From contig JAIRQE010000021.1 in assembly GCA_031256725.1 (NCBI GenBank), positions 1 through 32,000 of the forward strand: a stretch of DNA of 32,000 nt. The letters run 5' to 3'. The number at the start of each line of letters is the position of its first letter. The first letter of the stretch is position 1. Below, piece by piece: positions 6,541 through 15,520 of the stretch. The notes below the pieces were generated by a model that made no database searches, was not told the DNA's origin, and was given only the letters and a program-made list of their open reading frames with translations. Source of the DNA: Propionibacteriaceae bacterium. Its GTDB lineage: Bacteria; Actinomycetota; Actinomycetes; Propionibacteriales; Propionibacteriaceae. A program made the position numbers and the translations under genes.

Positions 6541-8388
6541 GTGTCCGAGGCGCGACCATTCCAAGTCGACCTCCAGGGAGTCGTAGATTTACTGGGTCGC
6601 CATATTTATTCGAGCCCGAGAGTGTATCTTCGTGAACTCCTCCAAAATGGAGTCGATGCAATTACCGCACGCCGGTCAGCGAACGAAGAAGAGGCGACGC
6701 ATTCCTGGGGGATCACCATCTATCCAGCAGATGAATCCGACTTCATTCTCGTGGATGAGGGGATCGGTCTGACCGCAGATGAGGTGAGTGAACTCCTTGC
6801 CACAGTCGGGCGAAGCTCCAAGAGAGACATCCTCGGCATGGCACGTACTGACTACCTTGGGCAGTTCGGAATCGGACTACTCTCCTGTTTCATGGTCTCG
6901 GATTCGATTCGAATCCTCTCCCAGTCAGCCACTGGCGCGCCAGCCGTCGAATGGATCGGCTCAGGCGACGGTACCTTCGAGGTACGCCCCTATGGTCAAG
7001 AGATTCCTATCGGTACCCAGGTTTTCCTCACCCCACGATTCGACACAGTGGAACTCCTCAAACGTGAGAGCGTACTTCAGATGGCGAAGGAATACGGTGA
7101 ATATCTCCCCGTACCCATCCACATCGCGACCACTGCCTATGCCCCCGGTCGTAAACCCACGACGACCACACTCAACTCTCATCCCGTCTTCCTTGACGAT
7201 GATCCTGACCATGCGGCCCTCGCTGCCTTCGCTAAGGATGCCCTAGGTTTCGACCCACTTGGTGTCATCAACCTCTCAGCACCAGGAACGGGTACACGAG
7301 GAAAGGGCTTCATCCTCCCCTTCTCCCCACCACCGAATGCCCACCAATCCACCCGCGCTTATCTTGGTGGGATGCTCCTGTCCAAGAGGGTCGACGACCT
7401 TCTCCCCGATTGGGCCTTCTTCATTCGCGCTGTCGTCGACTCGACAGGACTCTCCCCGACTGCATCCCGCGAGGGGATTGTTGAGGACTTCAACCTTGAG
7501 TACACACGTGAACAGCTCGGTACCTGTGTGAGGGCCTGGGTCATGGATATGGCCGTACATCAGCCCCACCAGTTCACAACATTCCTAGCCGTACACGAGG
7601 TCGCCATCAAGCAACTCGTCATCCACGACGAAGAGATGGCACGGATCTTCATGGGGTGGCTGTCTGTGGAAACCTCAGCGGGGAGGATCACCTTCGACCG
7701 ACTAGTGAAGATGTCACCGAACGTGAGGTATACCCGTACCCGTGACGAGTTCCGGCAGGTCTCCAGTTTGGCTCGTAATGATGCACCACTGGTCAACGGT
7801 GGTTACGTTTACGACTCTGATCTCGTGCAGTTGCTTCCCACGGTGTACCCCTCTGTGATGGTCACCCAGGTTGATGTACTCACCGAACTGGATCGCCTCG
7901 ACCCGCCATCTCTGGAGGATCGTAGTGTTACAGTAGCCCTCGAAGATCGAGCCACGAAGGTACTCGAATCCAGGGAGTGCCAGGCTGTGGTACGTATCAT
8001 GGAATCTGAGGATATTCCGGCGCTTTTCGTCGCCGATCCTGAAGTCTTCCGTCATATTGACCGGGGGCGGGCGAGCCAGGCTTCAGCGGGTTCCCTCTGG
8101 GAGGAGATCCTGGCCCAAACTGATGCTTTCGCCTTGTCGCGCAGCCAGTACGCTGATTCGGGTTTCTCAGCCAGGCTCTGCCTGAACTGGGCGAACCCCC
8201 TGATCCGATCCCTGTCCTCATTAGAAGACCAGGCCATATTTGACCGATATGTCCAGCTGCTTTATGTGCAATCTCAGTTGGCCGGAAGTTATCCTCTCAC
8301 TCAGGCAGATCGCAACCTTATGACGACTGCCCTCAGTGACCTCATGCACCTCACCACCCCACCAACTGGAGGAAGTTCCAATGTCTGA
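6541..8388 (+). CDS. htpG: Hsp90-family molecular chaperone (divergent HtpG-like GHKL ATPase).
   Basis: Bergerat-fold motifs are present: RELLQNGVDA (E..N..D), VDEGIGLT (DxGxG) and GQFGIGLLS (GxxGxG). A middle-domain SRE-type motif (TASREGIVED) is also present. Length is 615 aa, similar to HtpG. The N-terminus FQVDLQGVVDLLGRHIYSSPRVYLREL parallels FQAE...LL.L...SLYSNKEIFLREL. GTG start has an AAAGGGG SD. Confidence 0.9.
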   Translation: MSEARPFQVDLQGVVDLLGRHIYSSPRVYLRELLQNGVDAITARRSANEEEATHSWGITIYPADESDFILVDEGIGLTADEVSELLATVGRSSKRDILGMARTDYLGQFGIGLLSCFMVSDSIRILSQSATGAPAVEWIGSGDGTFEVRPYGQEIPIGTQVFLTPRFDTVELLKRESVLQMAKEYGEYLPVPIHIATTAYAPGRKPTTTTLNSHPVFLDDDPDHAALAAFAKDALGFDPLGVINLSAPGTGTRGKGFILPFSPPPNAHQSTRAYLGGMLLSKRVDDLLPDWAFFIRAVVDSTGLSPTASREGIVEDFNLEYTREQLGTCVRAWVMDMAVHQPHQFTTFLAVHEVAIKQLVIHDEEMARIFMGWLSVETSAGRITFDRLVKMSPNVRYTRTRDEFRQVSSLARNDAPLVNGGYVYDSDLVQLLPTVYPSVMVTQVDVLTELDRLDPPSLEDRSVTVALEDRATKVLESRECQAVVRIMESEDIPALFVADPEVFRHIDRGRASQASAGSLWEEILAQTDAFALSRSQYADSGFSARLCLNWANPLIRSLSSLEDQAIFDRYVQLLYVQSQLAGSYPLTQADRNLMTTALSDLMHLTTPPTGGSSNV

Positions 8389-11206
8389 CCCACGCCAAGA
8401 AATCAAGGATCTCCTAGAGAAGATCGACGAAACCTATTGGGGTCCTGAAGAACGGGCCATGATCGATAGGGCCCTAGAGCTCAGCCGCGAGTTGGGCGAC
8501 GAGGAGCTTGAATACCAGGTACGAGTACGGCTGACCGCGTCAGCTGTACGTACTGGAGACTCAGATGCACTCCTGTCATCCTTTGCCTGGTGTCTCGCCA
8601 AACATGATGAGGATCCCCAGAGATTCCCCACCGATGTTGAGAATGGCGCTGCAGATCTGATGTGGCAGTTCAAGTGGATGATTGGTGCACTCGACGATTC
8701 ACCAATCTTCAGCCTCACTCAAGGCGAGGCCATGCTCGACGACATGGAAGCCCACTATGTTCGTGAAGGTTTGGGGCTCTCGGGAGTGATCACCGCCCGC
8801 TTCCAACACGCCTGGGGTATTGGGGACATTGAGAAAGCCAAGGAACTCAGAACCCTTCTTGCAGCAACTCCGCGAGACGAACACAGCCACTGTGATGCCT
8901 GTGGGCGAAGCGAACTCGCTGGATTCGCCCTAGAAATCGGTGAGGAGGAACACGCACTCACTCTCGTAGACGAGATCATGGAGGGCGGGTTCTCCTGTGG
9001 CGAGGAGCCTGAACATGCCCTTTCGCGTACCCTTGTAGCCAAGCTTAAGGCTGGGAGAAACGATGATGCCCTCGATTCGCATATGCGCTCCTATCGTCTG
9101 GCACGCAACAATCCTGACAACATCTCTATCGTCGCTGACAACATGATCTTCTGCGCGATCACAGGCAACGAGGCTCGCGGGTTGGCCATGGTTGAAAGAC
9201 ATGTACCCTGGCTCTCCCACGATGCGCTCAATGAGGCAGGACAGCTCAACATGCTCACCGCCATCGGTGTTGTCCTTGAGTCTGTGGGTCGAGCCGGATA
9301 TGGGGAACAAGTGGTACGTGGGGCAAACGACCCGTCCTTGGATCGTTTCTTCGGTACCCGGGAAACACCCTGGACGGTGGCGGAGTTGATTCCAGCCGTC
9401 TGGGCGTCAGCAGCAACAATGTCGGCAGCATTCGACCAACGTAATGGCAACGATTACATCTCGTCCGAGGTTGCACGCAAGAAGGCAATGCTGGATCAGA
9501 GGTACGACCTGCCTATTGCCAGCGAGGTCTTCCTTCCAAGGGAAACCGCCATCCAACCTTCCACACCCGAACAGTGGCTGGCCTTGGGGGAGATCTATGT
9601 GTACGCCGGACTCTCGGATGCGAAGGAACCTCTGGAGCGCGCCCTTGAGGGTGCCAATCCAGCCACGAAATCAAGGGCCCTCCAAATCCTTACTTCGACG
9701 CTCTACCACATAGGTGAAGTTGAGGAGGCCAAGCAAACTCTCAAAGCCCGCTGCGAGGCCCTGGAAGCCGAGGGTGAACACCTTCAAGCCGAGTTGGAAA
9801 CCCGAGCAGGATTGTCACTCTATGGTTCAACTGGCCCAGAGGATTTGGCTGTACTTGAAGCTGAATGTGCCCGCTTGGCGGATACCGGTGGAGCCGAATT
9901 GGGTGACGCAGAGATCACCCTCGCTGGCTGTCTTATGGAACAGGAAGAATTTGACTCTGACAGGGTACTCCAACTCCTAGAATCCGCTGCGGTACATTGC
10001 ACCAGTCGACCCAATCTGAAAGCCTCAGTCCTCAAAATGCTCATGGTCCAATATGCCAACAATGATGACAACGAGAAAATGGAAGCAGCCTTCGAGGAAG
10101 CCACAGCACTGGATCTCTGTGACGGAGCTAGGGCCTCTGTACTCACCCAACAGGCACGAATCATGGGTGGGAAGCAGCGTTTTGAGGAAGGTGCTGCCCT
10201 CGCCGACGCTGCCCTGAAGATCTATGTCAACTATGGAGCCTCCAAGCCTCAGATTAATGCAGCCGTACTAGCCTCAGCCTTGTACCAGGATGCTGGGCGT
10301 CATGAGGAGGAACTGGCGAGAGTTCGTTTCGCCCTGCGTGAAGCTGAGCCTCTAGAGATCGACACCACAGGTATCCGGTACAGACTTGGCAGAGCTCTCC
10401 TGGCAACCAGTCATCCCCATGAAGCTGTGGAGATCCTGTGGGAGGTACTCCAAGACGAAGAGAAGATGGAGGTACCTGCCGCCAGCCGAGCAGAAACCTG
10501 TGAGGTCTTGGCTCAGGGTTTCGAAGCCGCTGAGAAATATGGGAATGCCGTGTCAATGTACGGCAGGGCTGCAGATCTCCTAGTCGAGGGCGAACAGCCT
10601 GTTATGGCGGCAAATATGCTGCGTCGTAAAGCCAACATCTTGAGGGAATTCGAAATCTATGACGATGCACTGGAGGCGCTATCACAAGCCTGGGATCTTG
10701 TGCAAAACAATGACGCCCCAGGCATGGAGGTACAGGTCCTTGAAGCCTGGGCATTCACCAAATCCAATACTGGTGATGCAAGTGCCCTTGATGATATTCG
10801 TCGCGCCATCACCACTGTCGAGAATGATCCCGACGGCCCCTTCACATGGAAGGTGGCGGACCTCATCGACTCTCAGGGACGGGTACTCATGGGCCTGGAA
10901 CGTCGTGATGAAGCCGTCGCCTGTTTCCTCCAAGCCGGAGATGGTTATGCCGAGGCTGGCGACTTTGTCAGTGCTGCACGAGCCGAGCATTTCGCTGCCC
11001 AAAACCTGGCTGGTCCCCTGGAGCGTATCGAGGAGGCCGTACCAATCTGGGCGGATTCTTTGGCCCACGCCGATCAGGCCACAGCCCAAGGACAGGATGC
11101 TGCAGGTCTACTAGAGTCGATCCTTGTGAAGTACGCTGAAGCCTTGGAATCCCTCGGTCGTAATGGTGAAGCTGCCGAGTTGCGCTCCCGCATGTCTCAG
11201 GGGTGA
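8381..11206 (+). CDS. Large (941 aa) all-helical TPR-like repeat protein, translationally coupled to the htpG-like gene.
   Basis: ATG 8381 is preceded by GGAGGA (8367-8372) and overlaps the htpG-like stop (ATGTCTGA). The sequence is acidic and helix-repeat rich. The C-terminal two-thirds has recurring A/L/E-rich ~34-aa-like units, for example AETCEVLAQGFEAAEKYGNAVSMYGRAADLL and EAVACFLQAGDGYAEAGDFVSAARAEHFAA. No TM segment or signal peptide. Confidence 0.8.
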   Translation: MSDPRQEIKDLLEKIDETYWGPEERAMIDRALELSRELGDEELEYQVRVRLTASAVRTGDSDALLSSFAWCLAKHDEDPQRFPTDVENGAADLMWQFKWMIGALDDSPIFSLTQGEAMLDDMEAHYVREGLGLSGVITARFQHAWGIGDIEKAKELRTLLAATPRDEHSHCDACGRSELAGFALEIGEEEHALTLVDEIMEGGFSCGEEPEHALSRTLVAKLKAGRNDDALDSHMRSYRLARNNPDNISIVADNMIFCAITGNEARGLAMVERHVPWLSHDALNEAGQLNMLTAIGVVLESVGRAGYGEQVVRGANDPSLDRFFGTRETPWTVAELIPAVWASAATMSAAFDQRNGNDYISSEVARKKAMLDQRYDLPIASEVFLPRETAIQPSTPEQWLALGEIYVYAGLSDAKEPLERALEGANPATKSRALQILTSTLYHIGEVEEAKQTLKARCEALEAEGEHLQAELETRAGLSLYGSTGPEDLAVLEAECARLADTGGAELGDAEITLAGCLMEQEEFDSDRVLQLLESAAVHCTSRPNLKASVLKMLMVQYANNDDNEKMEAAFEEATALDLCDGARASVLTQQARIMGGKQRFEEGAALADAALKIYVNYGASKPQINAAVLASALYQDAGRHEEELARVRFALREAEPLEIDTTGIRYRLGRALLATSHPHEAVEILWEVLQDEEKMEVPAASRAETCEVLAQGFEAAEKYGNAVSMYGRAADLLVEGEQPVMAANMLRRKANILREFEIYDDALEALSQAWDLVQNNDAPGMEVQVLEAWAFTKSNTGDASALDDIRRAITTVENDPDGPFTWKVADLIDSQGRVLMGLERRDEAVACFLQAGDGYAEAGDFVSAARAEHFAAQNLAGPLERIEEAVPIWADSLAHADQATAQGQDAAGLLESILVKYAEALESLGRNGEAAELRSRMSQG

Positions 11207-11227
11207 CACCAAGGCTAGGATGAGTTC

Positions 11228-12961
11228 GTGAATATCCCACTCAACTCTGTGAAACAGGTCTTATCCCAGATGGGTAGCCGATACCGTGCTTTCACAGCTG
11301 AAGCCTATGATCAGTTCACTGGACGAGTCAGGGTGGGTGTTTTCTGCTGCAACCTTTTCTTGAGCCTATACCTCTGTGCAGTGGTGGTCATGCTCTGCGT
11401 GGTTCATACCGGTTCCGGGGTCCCCCAGTTGAGAGACCTCGGTACGGCCATTATTTATCTTCCCTTCCTCTTCTATCAGGGTTTCAAGTTTCTCTTGGTC
11501 AAGAAGCCATCTTTGTCTATTCATCGCAGTGCGGAGAAGACCCGGTTGACACCCACGGTCATCCTCATTGTGACTGGCATCATCTCTGCTGTCTTCCTTC
11601 TCAGATTGCTGGCCTACTTTCCAGGCGGGATGGGTTGGGATTCCATCCAACAATGGAAACAGGTACAAGCTGGCGCCTTCAACGATTGGCATCCCGCCAT
11701 CCATACGATGATCATCTGGCTGGTGACCCGCATCGTCGACCACTACACCTTCTTCCTGGCTGTACAGATCCTGGTCTTCGCTTTCGTGGCTGGGTACCTC
11801 GTTGCCACCCTCCTGTCTTGGGGTGTACATAGGTACTGGGCATACGCCTTCGTGGGGATCATCCTTCTCAGCCATTCGACCCCACGGATCTTCATGCATC
11901 CGTGGAAAGACACGATGGTGACCATTCTCATGGTGGCCCTGGCTGCCTATGTGGTCAACATTGTTTTCTCGAATGGCCGATGGATCGCGAAGTGGTACAA
12001 CGCGGTCGCCCTTGCCATCGTTGGTGCCCTGATTACCGTTGTACGGCACAATGGCTTTTTTATTACCCTGCCTTGTGCGGTTCTTCTGATCATCTTCTAC
12101 CGCAAGACATCCATGGATCCTGGGACTGCGCGCAGGATGACTGGTGGTCGCGGTGTACTCATCGCTGTTCTGGGTGGCCTCCTCATCGTGATAGGAATCA
12201 CCCAGGGGCTCTATCGCCTTGCCGATGTGGAGAAACCACCATCACAGACCTATATAGAATCGGTGGGAATCCCCATGTCGATGCTCGGCCATGTGATGGT
12301 CACCAATCCAGATGCGCTTGACGCGGATACTCTAGCCTTTCTCACCTCGATTGCTGACGAGGACACCTGGCAGGAATGGTTCACGACAGGGTATAACTCC
12401 ATCAAATGGGAGACCGAAGCCTATGAGAAAGTGGGGGAACTGCCTCCACGTGATCTTGCTTCCATGACAATGCGTACGATCCGTAGTGCCCCATTCGAGT
12501 GCCTGGTCGGCTTCGGTAATGCTACGCGCGTTGTCTGGAGCCCCATCGACTGGCTTCACACAGTCAACGTGGGTCGCGGCGATTTTGCCTTGGATGTTGC
12601 ATACACCCAAGCCGAGGTGGATGCGTGGGAGCCTGTCATCAAGCCGGCTCGATATGTACACCTGGCTCTCGATAGCGTCATCCAACTCTTGGCGCCTGAT
12701 CGGGTACTATCAATTGTGGGTCTGCATGCATTCCTCCTGCTCGTCATTGGAGTTTATTCGGTGAACCGTCGACTGGGGATGAAAGCCCTGTTCATTATTG
12801 GCCCAGTTCTTGTGTACAACATGGGTACCATGCTGCTCTTGGGCGGGCCTGATTATCGGTACTTCCACTTCAACATACTCGTGAGCCTTCCATTCATCAT
12901 CGCCCTATTGGCGAAAACCACCAACGAGAACCTCGAGGTTTCAAAGGAGAGCAACTCATGA
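11228..12961 (+). CDS. Polytopic integral membrane protein with a periplasmic-type loop domain; GT-C-like glycosyltransferase candidate (paralog 1).
   Basis: About 10 hydrophobic segments in the first ~330 aa, a ~170-aa soluble domain, then 2 C-terminal TM segments. The first loop contains GWDS...FNDWHPAIHT. It shares blocks with the next gene. GTG start is 22 nt after the TPR gene stop. Confidence 0.85.
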   Translation: MNIPLNSVKQVLSQMGSRYRAFTAEAYDQFTGRVRVGVFCCNLFLSLYLCAVVVMLCVVHTGSGVPQLRDLGTAIIYLPFLFYQGFKFLLVKKPSLSIHRSAEKTRLTPTVILIVTGIISAVFLLRLLAYFPGGMGWDSIQQWKQVQAGAFNDWHPAIHTMIIWLVTRIVDHYTFFLAVQILVFAFVAGYLVATLLSWGVHRYWAYAFVGIILLSHSTPRIFMHPWKDTMVTILMVALAAYVVNIVFSNGRWIAKWYNAVALAIVGALITVVRHNGFFITLPCAVLLIIFYRKTSMDPGTARRMTGGRGVLIAVLGGLLIVIGITQGLYRLADVEKPPSQTYIESVGIPMSMLGHVMVTNPDALDADTLAFLTSIADEDTWQEWFTTGYNSIKWETEAYEKVGELPPRDLASMTMRTIRSAPFECLVGFGNATRVVWSPIDWLHTVNVGRGDFALDVAYTQAEVDAWEPVIKPARYVHLALDSVIQLLAPDRVLSIVGLHAFLLLVIGVYSVNRRLGMKALFIIGPVLVYNMGTMLLLGGPDYRYFHFNILVSLPFIIALLAKTTNENLEVSKESNS

Positions 12962-14673
12962 ACACTTTTCGCGAGATGATCACAGCAGTACCCTCAAAGA
13001 TCACCGAGCTACGTGAGTTTTATCGAGAGTTCACCGCCAAGGCTTATGCTCCCCATCATGGTGTACGCAAGGTAGGGGCCTTCCTGTGCTATACCGCAGT
13101 GTCGATCTATCTGGGGATGATCGCGGTCTTGCTGCTGATCCTGATGACCGCTTGGTACTATCACAACAGACTTCCCAATCTCGCAAGCCTGGTGGTACTC
13201 GCTGTGGGGGCACCTGTCATCTTCTATCAGGGCATCAAACTCTTGATCATCAAGGTTCCTGACCTGGGTGTGACCAGGAGCGAGCACAGGGGCAGGCTGT
13301 CATGGAAACTCATGGTGGCGATCTCGGCGGGCCTGGGTGTTTTCTTTGTGGCGGGGCTCCTAGCCTATTATCCAGGCGCGATAGGTTGGGATTCGGTCCT
13401 GCAATGGGAACAGGTACTCTCAGGGAAGTTCAATGATTGGCATCCAGCACTCCACACAATGATCATGTGGATCTTCTATCAGATCGTACCGAGCTACCCC
13501 TTCTTTCTTGGGGTTCAGTCCGTGGTCTTCGCAATCCTATGTGGGTACATGGTTGCCACGTTGAAAGCCTGGGGTTTCGCCACACGCTGGCCTGTGCTCT
13601 TCCTCGTGTTTGCGGTTGGTACCCATTCGACGTCGAGGATCCTCCTGCATCCGTGGAAGGATACGACCTTCACGATCCTCATGCTGTGGATGGCGGTCAT
13701 CCTGATCAACATCATATTCACTGAGGGGAAATGGCTGGCGAAATGGTACAACGTCCTCGCAGTCATCATGGTGGTTGCGCTCTTGTCCACGGTTCGCCAC
13801 AACGGGATCTTCATCACCATCCCATTGGTTGTACTTCTCGTCTTCTTCTATCGCAAAGCGAGCAGGAATGTACTGGTTGCCGCTGTCGGGTCGATCCTCG
13901 TCTGGTTGGGCATCACCCAGGGTCTGTACAGACTTGCTGATGTTGAACAGCCTGAATCCCAAAGCTATGTCGAAGTCGTTGGGATACCCATGGTGATCAT
14001 GGGGGAGGTACTCACCAGCAATCCTGATGCTCTTGATCCAGAAACCAGGGACTTCCTTTACGCGATCACCGACGATGAATCCTGGCACACTAGGTACGAA
14101 ACAGGCAACTTCAACTTAGTGAAGTGGCAGTGCGACGCCAACAGTGTGGTCGCTCAGGTACCTCCAGCAGATTTTGCCGCCATGACTTGGCGTACTATGA
14201 AGAATGCTCCCAACGAGTCACTGGTTGCCCTAGCCGCCGTGACCCGGGTGGTGTGGAGCCCCATCGATTGGCAGTACTCAGTCGGGTACTGGATTAACGA
14301 ATATGCCAAAGATGTTGCCTACACTGATGCCCAAGTGGAAGCGATGAAACCCATCGCTGAGCCTGTGGGCGCAGTCTATAAGGTCATCAAGGGTGGGGTC
14401 AGTATGTTGCTCCCAGACCGGATCATGGGTTGCATTGGCCTACATATGCTGGCATTACTATTCTTCGGGATCTATGCCCTCAATCGAGGTCGGGGCTTCA
14501 CAAGTCTTCTCGTTTTGGTCCCCATACTTGCGTACAACATTGGTACGATGCTCCTGCTGTGTGGCCCTGATTATCGGTACTTCCACTTTAATGTGGTCCT
14601 AACTCTGCCTGTGATTCTCACCCTCCTGGCAAGGGTATGCCCAGCAGAATCCATGACAGAGGAAATTACCTAA
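12958..14673 (+). CDS. Polytopic integral membrane protein; GT-C-like glycosyltransferase candidate (paralog 2).
   Basis: ATGA overlap with the upstream paralog. Colinear conserved blocks: NDWHPA(I/L)HTMI, HPWKDT, KWYN, VRHNG(F/I)FIT, ITQGLYRLADVE, VGIPM, TNPDALD, TRVVWSPIDW and GPDYRYFHFN. Confidence 0.85.
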   Translation: MNTFREMITAVPSKITELREFYREFTAKAYAPHHGVRKVGAFLCYTAVSIYLGMIAVLLLILMTAWYYHNRLPNLASLVVLAVGAPVIFYQGIKLLIIKVPDLGVTRSEHRGRLSWKLMVAISAGLGVFFVAGLLAYYPGAIGWDSVLQWEQVLSGKFNDWHPALHTMIMWIFYQIVPSYPFFLGVQSVVFAILCGYMVATLKAWGFATRWPVLFLVFAVGTHSTSRILLHPWKDTTFTILMLWMAVILINIIFTEGKWLAKWYNVLAVIMVVALLSTVRHNGIFITIPLVVLLVFFYRKASRNVLVAAVGSILVWLGITQGLYRLADVEQPESQSYVEVVGIPMVIMGEVLTSNPDALDPETRDFLYAITDDESWHTRYETGNFNLVKWQCDANSVVAQVPPADFAAMTWRTMKNAPNESLVALAAVTRVVWSPIDWQYSVGYWINEYAKDVAYTDAQVEAMKPIAEPVGAVYKVIKGGVSMLLPDRIMGCIGLHMLALLFFGIYALNRGRGFTSLLVLVPILAYNIGTMLLLCGPDYRYFHFNVVLTLPVILTLLARVCPAESMTEEIT

Positions 14674-15064
14674 TGTTTCAGGTTTATTAGCAAAACCTGC
14701 CACCAAAATCCGTGATAGGACTTGGCTCTTGAAGAATTCTGGTGAAAGTTCCGAGGGCTATGTCCAGTGACGACACTGGGGATTCCTGTGGCCTTAACGC
14801 GGAATCTATTCTCTTCCCGATGCTTCCCCCTTTCCCACTGCCCGTCTCCTCGCCCAGTTGTACCCTGCACTCTCAGGTACGGACCCAGCCACTGCATTAT
14901 GGCTGACCCAACACGAAGCGTGGGTCGCCTATGCTGCTCCTCACACGTGGGCTGGCGTCATCCACACCACCACATCTGTAGCGTGAGGGCGACTGGTGGA
15001 TAGCCTTTGTCCCAGGTCGATATACTGTGGTTGCCCACATAGGGGCTAGTTCTAGGGAATCTCC

Positions 15065-15520
15065 TTGAAAGAAGTGCTGCGCCTCGTCTTGAGGTTCGAT
15101 CTCAAGGGGCTGCTGCTTACCCCAACAACAAATGTTGTCGTGCAGGTTTTCCGGGCATTGTTTGTTGCGGCGCTCGCCTTTATTGCTGATGCCGGGCTCT
15201 TATGGGTACTCTCCCTCACGGGGATGCACTATCTGATCTGCGCTGCTTTCGGGTTCATCCTTGGTGTCATCGTCAACTTTGTACTCAGCATCAAATTTGT
15301 TTTCAAAGAGAAGGCTCCGGTTGGGCGCAGAGTCGAGTTTCTCGTTTATCTACTTGTGGGCCTCGGAGGCTTTGGGATCACCATAGGGTTGATGTGGTTC
15401 TTCACAGAGATTGTGGGGTTCCATTTCATGGTGTCTAAACTGGCGACAATCGTGGCGACATTCATCTGGAATTTCGGGGTACGAAAGCTCACCTTGTACA
15501 GGAAGGATTCATCCGAATGA
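15065..15520 (+). CDS. GtrA-family small membrane protein (putative polyprenyl-phosphate-sugar flippase).
   Basis: About 150 aa with four hydrophobic helices. The overall GtrA-like layout is present: [21 protein letters not shown]..., ...FVLSIKFVF and a C-terminal [14 protein letters not shown]. Start is TTG 15065 or GTG 15074. A TATACT -10 candidate lies at ~15022. Confidence 0.8.
   Translation: MKEVLRLVLRFDLKGLLLTPTTNVVVQVFRALFVAALAFIADAGLLWVLSLTGMHYLICAAFGFILGVIVNFVLSIKFVFKEKAPVGRRVEFLVYLLVGLGGFGITIGLMWFFTEIVGFHFMVSKLATIVATFIWNFGVRKLTLYRKDSSE

Noticed and set aside
6541-11206. GHKL ATPase + TPR pair as an anti-phage defence system (MORC/STAND-like)
   Set aside because: The ATPase has the full Hsp90 N-M-C length and motifs rather than a MORC/paraMORC layout. 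No nuclease, protease, TIR, Sir2 or other effector domain is evident. The neighbours are envelope-biogenesis genes, not a defence island. The idea is kept only as a remote alternative.
11366-14088. Long minus-strand ORFs (11366-12049, 13537-14088) antisense to the membrane-protein paralogs
   Set aside because: The + frames give two mutually homologous polytopic proteins. The antisense products are charged, low-complexity and unrelated to each other despite the paralogy of the DNA.
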